Shown one piece after another: positions 52,115 to 61,900 of a stretch of 64,000 bases of DNA (within the stretch, counting starts at the first letter, position 1; each line of letters begins with the position of its first letter). The DNA comes from the human T2T-CHM13v2.0 reference genome, Homo sapiens, in assembly GCF_009914755.1 (NCBI RefSeq), contig NC_060929.1; one strand, written 5' to 3'. Both the position numbers and the translations under genes were made by a program. The notes under the pieces were generated by a model. That model was not told the DNA's origin and did not search any database. It saw only the letters and a program-made list of their open reading frames with translations.

Positions 52115-55099
52115 TTAAACAGAGCAGATTTGAAACACTCTTTTTGTGCAATTGGCAAGTGGAGATTTCAAGCGCTTTGAGGTCAATGGCAGAAAAGGAA
52201 ATATCTTCGTTTCAAAACTAGACAGAATCATTCCCACAAACTGCGTTGTGATGTGTTCGTTCAACTCACAGAGTTTAACCTTTCTTTTCATAGAGCAGTT
52301 AGGAAACAGTCTGTTTGTAAATTCTGTAAGTGGATATTCTGACAGCTTGTGGCCTTCGTTGGAAACGGGATTTCTTCCTACTATGCTAGACAGAAGAATT
52401 CTCAGTAACTTCCTTGTGTTGTGTGTATTCAACTCACAGAGTTGAACGATGGTTTACACAGAGCAGATTTGAAACACTCTTTTTGTGGAATTAGCAAGTG
52501 GAGATTTCAGCCGCTTTGAGGTCAATGGTAGAAAAGGAAATATCTTCGTATAAAAACTAGACAGAATGATTCTCAGAAACTCCTTTGTGATGTGTGTGTT
52601 CAACTCACAGAGTTTAACCTTTCTTTTCATAGAGCAGTTAGGAAACACTCTGTTTGTAAAGTCTGCAAGTGGATATTCAGACCTCTTTGAGGCCTTCGTT
52701 GGAAACGGGTTTTTTTCATATAAGGCTAGACAGAAGAATTCCCAGTAACTTCCTTGTGTTGTGTGTGTTCAACTCACAGAGTTGAACTTTCATTTACACA
52801 GAGCAGATTTGAAACACTCTTTTTGTGGAATTTGCAAGTGGAGATTTCAAGCGCTTTGAGGTCAATGGTAGAAAAGGAAATATCTTCGTATAAAAACTAG
52901 ACAGAATGATTCTCAGAAACTTCTTTGTGATGTGTGCGTTCAACTCACAGAGTTTAACCTTTCTTTTCATAGAGCAGTTAGGAAACACTCTGTTTGTAAA
53001 GTCTGCAAGTGGATATTCAGACCTCTTTGAGCCCTTCGTTGGAAACGGGTTTTTTTCATTTAAGGCTAGACAGAAGAATTCCCAGTAACTTCCTTGTGTT
53101 GTGTGTGTTCAACTCACAGAGTTGAACTTTCATTTACACAGAGCAGATTTGAAACACTCTTTTTGTGGAATTTGCAAGTTTAGATTTCAAGCGCTTTGAG
53201 GCCAAAGGCAGAAAAGGAAATATCTTCGTATAAAAACTAGACAGAATCATTCTCAGAAACTGCTCTGCGATGTGTGCGTTCAACTCTCAGAGTTTAACTT
53301 TTCTTTTCATTCAGCAGTTTGGAAACACTCTGTTTGTAAAGTCTGGACGTGGATAATTTGACCACTTAGAGGCCTTCGTTGGAAACGGGTTTTTTTCATG
53401 TAAGGCTAGACAGAAGAATTCTCAGTAACTTCCTTGTGTTGTGTGTCTTCAACTCACAGAGTTGAACGATCCTTTACACAGAGCAGACTTGTAACACTCT
53501 TTTTGTGGAATTTGCAAGTGGAGATTTCAGCCGCTTTGAAGTCAATGGTAGAAAAGGAAATATCTTCCTATAAAAACTAGACAGAATGATTCTCAGAAAC
53601 TCCTTTGTGATGTGTGTGTTCAACTCACAGAGTTTAACCTTTCTTTTCATAGAGCAGTTAGGAAACACTCTGTTTGTAAAGTCTGCAAGTGGATATTCAG
53701 ACCTCTTTGAGGCCTTCGTTGGAAACGGGTTTTTTTCATATAAGGCTAGACAGAAGAATTCCCAGTAACTTCCTTGTGTTGTGTGTGTTCAACTCACAGA
53801 GATGAACTCTCATTTACACAGAGCAGATTTGAAACACTCTTTTTGTGGAATTTGCAAATGGAGATTTCAAGCGCTTTGAGGCCAAAGGCAGAAGAGGAAA
53901 TATCTTCGTATAAAAACTAGACAGAATCATTCTCAGAAACAGCTCTGCGATGTGTGCGTTCAACTCTCAGAGTTTAACTTTTCTTTTCATTCAGCAGTTT
54001 GGAAACACTCTGTTTGTAAAGTCTGCACGTACATAATTTCACCACTTAGAGGCCTTCGTTGGAAACAGGTTTTTTTCATGTAAGGCTAGACAGAAGAATT
54101 CTCAGTAACTTCCTTGTGTTGTGTGTATTCAACTCACACAGTTGAACGATCCTTTACACAGAGCAGACTTGTAACACTCTTTTTGTGGAATTTGCAAGTG
54201 GAGATTTCAGCCGCTTTGAAGTCAAAGGTAGAAAAGGAAATATCTTCCTATAAAAACTAGACAGAATGATTCTCAGAAACTCCTTTGTGATGTGTGCGTT
54301 CAACTCACAGAGTTTAACCTTTCTTTTCATAGAGCAGTTAGGAAACACTCTGTTTGTAAAGTCTGCAAGTGGATATTCAGACCTCTTTGAGGCCTTCGTT
54401 GGAAACGGGTTTTTTTCATATAAGGCTAGACAGAAGAATTCCCAGTAACTTCCTTGTGTTGTGTGTGTTCAACTCACAGAGTTGAACTTTCATTTACACA
54501 GAGCAGATTTGAAACACTCTTTTTGTGGAATTTGCAACTGGAGATTTCAAGCGCTTTGAGGCCAAAGGCAGAAAAGGAAATATCTTCGTATAAAAACTAG
54601 ACAGAATCATTCTCAGAAAGTGCTCTGCGATGTGTGCGTTCAACTCTCAGAGTTTAACTTTTCTTTTCATTCAGCAGTTTGGAAACACTCTGTTTGTAAA
54701 GTCTGCACGTGGATAATTTGACCACTTAGAGGCCTTCGTTGGAAACGGGTTTTTTTCATGTAAGGCTAGACAGAAGAATTCTCAGTAACTTCCTTGTGTT
54801 GTGTGTATTCAACTCACAGAGTTGACCGATCCTTTACACAGAGCAGACTTGTAACACTCTTTTTTTGTGGAATTTGCAAGTGGAGATTTCAGCCGCTTTG
54901 AAGTCAATGGTAAAAAAGGAAATATCTTCGTTTCAAAACTAGACAGAATCATTCCCACAAACTGCGTTGTGATGTGTTCGTTCAACTCACAGAGTTTAAC
55001 CTTTCTTTTCATAGAGCAGTTAGGAAACAGTCTGTTTGTAAATTCTGTAAGTGGATATTCTGACATCTTGTGACCTTCGTTGGAAACGGGATTTCTTCA

Positions 55100-58000
55100 T
55101 ATTCTGCTAGACAGAAGAATTCTCAGAATCTTCCTTGTGTTGTGTGTATTCAACTCACAGAGTTGAACGATGGTTTACACAGAGCAGATTTGAAACACTC
55201 TTTTTGTGGAATTTGAAAGTGGAGATTTCAGCCGCTTTGAGGTCAATGGTAGAAAAGGAAATATCTTCGTATAAAAAGTAGACAGAATGATTCTCAGAAA
55301 CTTCTTTGTGATGTGTGCGTTCAACTCACAGAGTTTAACCTTTCTTTTCATAGAGCAGTTAGGAAACACTCTGTTTCTAAACTCTGCAAGTGGATATTCA
55401 GACCTCTTTGAGGCCTTCGTTGGAAACGGGATTTCTTCATACTGTGCTAGACAGAAGAATTCTCAGTAACTTCCTTGTGTTGTGTGTATTCAACTCAGAG
55501 AGTTGAACGATCCTTTACACAGAGCAGACTTGTAACACTCTTTTTGTGGAATTTGCAAGTGGAGATTTCAGCCGCTTTGAAGTCAAAGGTAGAAAAGGAA
55601 ATATCTTCCTATAAAAACTAGACAGAATGATTCTCAGAAACTCCTTTGTGATGTGTGCGTTCAACTCACAGAGTTTAACCTTTCTTTTCATAGAGCAGTT
55701 AGGAAACACTCTGTTTGTAAAGTCTGCAAGTGGATATTCAGACCTCTTTGAGGCCTTCGTTGGAAACGGGTTTTTTTCATATAAGGCTAGACAGAAGAAT
55801 TCCCAGTAACTTCCTTGTGTTGTGTGTGTTCAACTCACAGAGTTGAACTTTCATTTACACAGAGCAGATTTGAAACACTCTTTTTGTGGAATTTGCAAGT
55901 GGAGATTTCAAGCGCTTTGAGGCCAAAGGCAGAAAAGGAAATATCTTCGTATAAAAACTAGACAGAATCATTCTCAGAAACTGCTCTGCGATGTGTCCGT
56001 TCAACTCTCAGAGTTTAACTTTTCTTTTCATTCAGCAGTTTGGAAACACTCTGTTTGTAAAGTCTGCACGTGGATATTTTGACCACTTAGAGGCCTTCGT
56101 TGGAAACGGGTTTTTTTCCTGTAAGGCTAGACAGAAGAATTCCCAGTAACTTCCTTGTGTTGTGTACATTCAACTCACAGAGTTGAACGTTCCCTTAGAC
56201 AGAGCAGATTTGAAACACTCTTTTTGTGCAATTGGCAAGTGGAGATTTCAAGCGCTTTGAGGTCAATGGCAGAAAAGGAAATATCTTCGTTTCAAAACTA
56301 GACAGAATCATTCCCACAAACTGCGTTGTGATGTGTTCGTTCAACTCACAGAGTTTAACCTTTCTTTTCATAGAGCAGTTAGGAAACAGTCTGTTTGTAA
56401 ATTCTGTAAGTGGATATTCTGACATCTTGTGGCCTTCGTTGGAAACGGGATTTCTTCATATTCTGCTAGACAGAAGAATTCTCAGAATCTTCCTTGTGTT
56501 GTGTATATTCAACTCACAGAGTTGAACGATGGTTTACACAGAGCAGATTTGAAACACTCTTTTGGTTGAATTTGCAAGTGGAGATTTCAGCCGCTTTGAG
56601 GTCAATGGTAGAAAAGGAAATATCTTCGTATAAAAACTAGACAGAATGATTCTCAGAAACTTCTTTGTGATGTGTGCGTTCAACTCACAGAGTTTAACCT
56701 TTCTTTTCATAGAGCAGTTAGGAAACACTGTGTTTTTAAACTGTGCAAGTGGATATTCAGACCTCTTTGAGGCCTTCGTTGGAAACGGGATTTCTTCATA
56801 CTGTGCTGGAGAGAAGAATTCTCAGTAACTTCCTTGTGTTGTGTGTTTTCAACTCAGAGAGTTGAACGATCCTTTACACAGAGCAGACTTGAAACACTCT
56901 TTTTGTGGAATTTGCAACTGGAGATTACAGCCGCGTTGATGTCAATGGTAGAAAAGGAAATATCTTCGTATAAAAACTGGACAGAATGATTCTCAGAAAC
57001 TCCTTTGTGATGTGTGTGTTCAACTCACAGAGTTTAACCTTTCTTTTCATAGAGCAGTTAGGAAACACTCTGTTTGTAAAGTCTGCAAGTGGATATTCAG
57101 ACCTCTTTGAGGCCTTCGTTGGAAACGGGTTTTTTTCATATGAGGCTAGACAGAAGAATTCCCAGTAACTTCCTTGTGTTGTGTGTGTTCAACTCACAGA
57201 GTTGAACTTTCATTTACACAGAGCAGATTTGAAACACTCTTTTTGTGGAATTTGCAAGTGGAGATTTCAAGCGCTTTGAGGCCAAAGGCAGAAAAGGAAA
57301 TATCTTCGTATAAAAACTAGACAGAATCATTCTCAGAAACTGCTCTGCGATGTGTGCGTTCAACTCTCAGAGTTTAACTTTTCTTTTCATTCAGCAGTTT
57401 GGAAACACTCTGTTTGTAAAGTCTGCACGTGGATATTTTGACCACTTAGAGGCCTTCGTTGGAAACGGGTTTTTTTCCTGTAAGGCTAGACAGAAGAATT
57501 CCCAGTAACTTCCTTGTGTTGTGTACATTCAACTCACAGAGTTGAACGTTCCCTTAGACAGAGCAGATTTGAAACACTCTTTTTGTGCAATTGGCAAGTG
57601 GAGATTTCAAGCGCTTTAAGGTCAATGGCAGAAAAGGAAATATCTTCGTTTCAAAACTAGACAGAATCATTCCCACAAACTGCGTTGTGATGTGTTCGTT
57701 CAACTCACAGAGTTTAACCTTTCTTTTCATAGAGCAGTTAGGAAACAGTCTGTTTGTAAATTCTGTAAGTGGATATTCTGACATCTTGTGGCCTTCGTTG
57801 GAAACGGGATTTCTTCATATTCTGCTAGACAGAAGAATTCTCAGAATCTTCCTTGTGTTCTGTGTATTCAACTCACAGAGTTGAACGATGGTTTACACAG
57901 AGCAGATTTGAAACACTCTTTTGGTGGAATTAGCAAGTGGAGATTTCAGCCGCTTTGAGGTCAATGGTAGAAAAGAAAATATCTTCGTATAAAAACTAGA

Positions 58001-58220
58001 CAGAATGATTCTCAGAAACTTCTTTGTCATGTGTGCGTTCAACTCACAGAGTTTAACCTTTCTTTTCATAGAGCAGTTAGGAAACACTGTGTTTTTAAAC
58101 TGTGCAAGTGGATATTCAGACCTCTTTGAGGCCTTCGTTGGAAACGGGATTTCTTCATACTGTGCTAGACAGAAGAATTCTCAGTAACTTCCTTGTGTTG
58201 TGTGTATTCAACTCACAGAG
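55100..58220 (+). repeat. ~3.1-kb block duplicated at -6798 (copy 2)
   Basis: ORF-track variant pairs 48377/55175, 49848/56646, 50787/57585 and 51207/58005 are all offset by 6798. Confidence 0.85.
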
Positions 58221-58912
58221 TTGAACGATCCTTTACACAGAGCAGACTTGAAACACTCTTTTTGTGGAATTTGCAAGTGGAGATTTCAGCCGCTTTGAAG
58301 TCAAAGGTAGAAAAGGAAATATCTTCGTATAAAAACTAGACAGAATGATTCTCAGAAACTCCTTTGTGATGTGTGCGTTCAACTCACAGATTTTAACCTT
58401 TCTTTTCATAGAGCAGTTAGGAAACACTCTGTTTGTAAAGTCTGCAAGTGGATATTCAGACCTCTTTGAGGCCTTCGTTGGAAACGGGTTTTTTTCATAT
58501 AAGGCTAGACAGAAGAATTCCCAGTAACTTCCTTGTGTTGTGTGTGTTCAACTCACAGAGTTGAACTTTCATTTACACAGAGCAGATTTGAAACACTCTT
58601 TTTGTGGAATTTGCAAGTGGAGATTTCAAGCGCTTTGAGGCCAAAGGCAGAAAAGGAAATATCTTCGTATAAAAACTAGACAGAATCATTCTCAGAAACT
58701 GCTCTGCGATGTGTGCGTTCAACTCTCAGAGTTTAACTTTTCTTTTCATTCAGCAGTTTGGAAACACTCTGTTTGTAAAGTCTGCACGTGGATATTTTGA
58801 CCACTTAGAGGCCTTCGTTGGAAACGGGATTTTTTCCTGTAAGGCTAGACAGAAGAATTCCCAGTAACTTCCTTGCGTTGTGTACATTCAACTCACAGAG
58901 TTGAACGTTCCC

Positions 58913-61900
58913 TTAGACAGAGCAGATTTGAAACACTCTTTTTGTGCAATTGGCAAGTGGAGATTTCAAGCGCTTTGAGGTCAATGGCAGAAAAGGAAAT
59001 ATCTTCGTTTCAAAACTAGACAGAATCATTCCCACAAACTGCGTTGTGATGTGTTCGTTCAACTCACAGACTTTAACCTTTCTTTTCATAGAGCAGTTAG
59101 GAAACAGTCTGTTTGTAAATTCTGTAAGTGGATATTCTGACATCTTGTGGCCTTCGTTGGAAACGGGATTTCTTCATATTCTGCTAGACAGAAGAATTCT
59201 CAGAATCTTCCTTGTGTTGTGTGTATTCAACTCACAGAGTTGAACGATGGTTTACACAGAGCAGATTTGAAACACTCTTTTGGTGGAATTTGCAAGTGGA
59301 GATTTCAGCCGCTTTGAGGTCAATGGTAGAAAAGGAAATATCTTCGTATAAAACTAGACAGAATGATTCTCAGAAACTTCTTTGTGATGTGTGCGTTCAA
59401 CTCACAGAGTTTAACCTTTCTTTTCATAGAGCAGTTAGGAAACACTCTGTTTGTAAACTCTGCAAGTGGATATTCAGACGTCTTTGAGGCCTTCGTTGGA
59501 AACGGGATTTCTTCATACTGTGCTAGACAGAAGAATTCTCAGTAACTTCCTTGTGTTGTGTGTATTCAACTCACAGAGTTGAACGATCCTTTACACAGAG
59601 CGGACTTGAAACACTCTTTTTGTGGAATTTGCAAGTGGAGATTTCAGCCGCGTTGAGGTCAATGGTAGAAAAGGAAATATCTTCGTATAAAAACTAGACA
59701 GAATGATTCTCAGAAACTCCTTTGTGATGTGTGCGTTCAACTCACAGAGTTTAACCTTTCTTTTCATAGAGCAGTTAAAAACACTCTGTTTGTAAAGTCT
59801 GCAAGTGGATATTCAGACCTCTTTGAGGCCTTCATTGGAAACGGGTTTTTTTCATATAAGGCTAGACAGAAGAATTCCCAGTAACTTCCTTGTGTTGTGT
59901 GTGTTCAACTCACAGAGTTGAACTTTCGTTTACACAGAGCAGATTTGAAACACTCTTTTTGTGGAATTTGCAAGTGGAGATTTCAAGCGCTTTGAGGCCA
60001 AAGGCAGAAAAGGAAATATCTTCGTATAAAAACTAGACAGAATCATTCTCAGAAACTGCTCTGCGATGTGTGCGTTCAACTCTCAGAGTTTAACTTTTCT
60101 TTTCATTCAGCAGTTTGGAAACACTCTGTTTGTAAAGTCTGCACGTGGATAATTTGACCACTTAGAGGCCTTCGTTGGAAACGGGTTTTTTTCATGTAAG
60201 GCTAGACAGAAGAATTCTCAGTAACTTCCTTGTGTTGTGTGTATTCAACTCACAGAGTTGACCGATCCTTTACACAGAGCAGACTTGTAACACTCTTTTT
60301 GTGGAATTTGCAAGTGGAGATTTCAGCCGCTTTGAAGTCAATGGTAGAAAAGGAAATATCTTCCTATAAAAACTAGACAGAATGATTCTCAGAAACTCCT
60401 TTGTGATGTGTGCGTTCAACTCACAGAGTTTAACCTTTCTTTTCATAGAGCAGTTAGGAAACACTCTGTTTGTAAAGTCTGCAAGTGGATATTCAGACCT
60501 TTTCAGGCCTTCGTTGGAAACGGGTTTTTTTCATATAAGGCTAGACAGAAGAATTCCCAGTAACTTCCTTGTGTTGTGTGTGTTCAACTCACAGAGTTGA
60601 ACTTTCATTTACACAGAGCAGATTTGAAACACTCTTTTTGTGGAATTTGCAAGTGGAGATTTCAAGCGCTTTGAGGCCAAAGGCAGAAAAGGAAATACCT
60701 TCGTATAAAAACTAGACAGAATCATTCTCAGAAACTGCTCTGCGATGTGTGCGTTCAACTCTCAGAGTTTAACTTTTCTTTTCATTCAGCAGTTTGGAAA
60801 CACTCTGTTTGAAAAGTCTGCACGTGGATATTTTGACCACTTAGAGGCCTTCGTTGGAAACGGGTTTTTTTCCTGTAAGGCTAGACAGAAGAATTCCCAG
60901 TAACTTCCTTCCGTTGTGTACATTCAACTCACAGAGTTGAACGTTCCCTTAGACAGAGCAGATTTGAAACACTCTTTTTGTGCAATTGGCAAGTGGAGAT
61001 TTCAAGCGCTTTGAGGTCAATGGCAGAAAAGGAAATATCTTCGTTTCAAAACTAGACAGAATCATTCCCACAAACTGCGTTGTGATGTGTTCGTTCAACT
61101 CACAGAGTTTAACCTTTCTTTTCATAGAGCAGTTAGGAAACAGTCTGTTTGTAAATTCTGTAAGTGGATATTCTGACATCTTGTGGCCTTCGTTGGAAAC
61201 GGGATTTCTTCATATTCTGCTAGACAGAAGAATTCTCAGAATCTTCCTTGTGTTGTGTGTATTCAACTCACAGAGTTGAACGATGGTTTACACAGAGCAG
61301 ATTTGAAACACTCTTTTTGTGGAATTTGCAAGTGGAGATTTCAGCCGCTTTGAGGTCAATGGTAGAAAAGGAAATATCTTCGTATAAAAACTAGACAGAA
61401 TGATTCTCAGAAACTTCTTTGTGATGTGTGCGTTCAACTCACAGAGTTTAACCTTTCTTTTCATAGAGCAGTTAGGAAACACTCTGTTTGTAAACTCTGC
61501 AAGTGGATATTCAGACGTCTTTGAGGCCTTCGTTGGAAACGGGATTTCTTCATACTGTGCTAGACAGAAGAATTCTCAGTAACTTCCTTGTGTTGTGTGT
61601 ATTCAACTCACAGAGTTGAACGATCCTTTACACAGAGCGGACTTGAAACACTCTTTTTGTGGAATTTGCAAGTGGAGATTTCAGCCGCGTTGAGGTCAAT
61701 GGTAGAAAAGGAAATATCTTCGTATAAAAACTAGACAGAATGATTCTCAGAAACTCCTTTGTGATGTGTGCGTTCAACTCACAGAGTTTAACCTTTCTTT
61801 TCATAGAGCAGTTAAAAACACTCTGTTTGTAAAGTCTGCAAGTGGATATTCAGACCTCTTTGAGGCCTTCATTGGAAACGGGTTTTTTTCATATAAGGCT

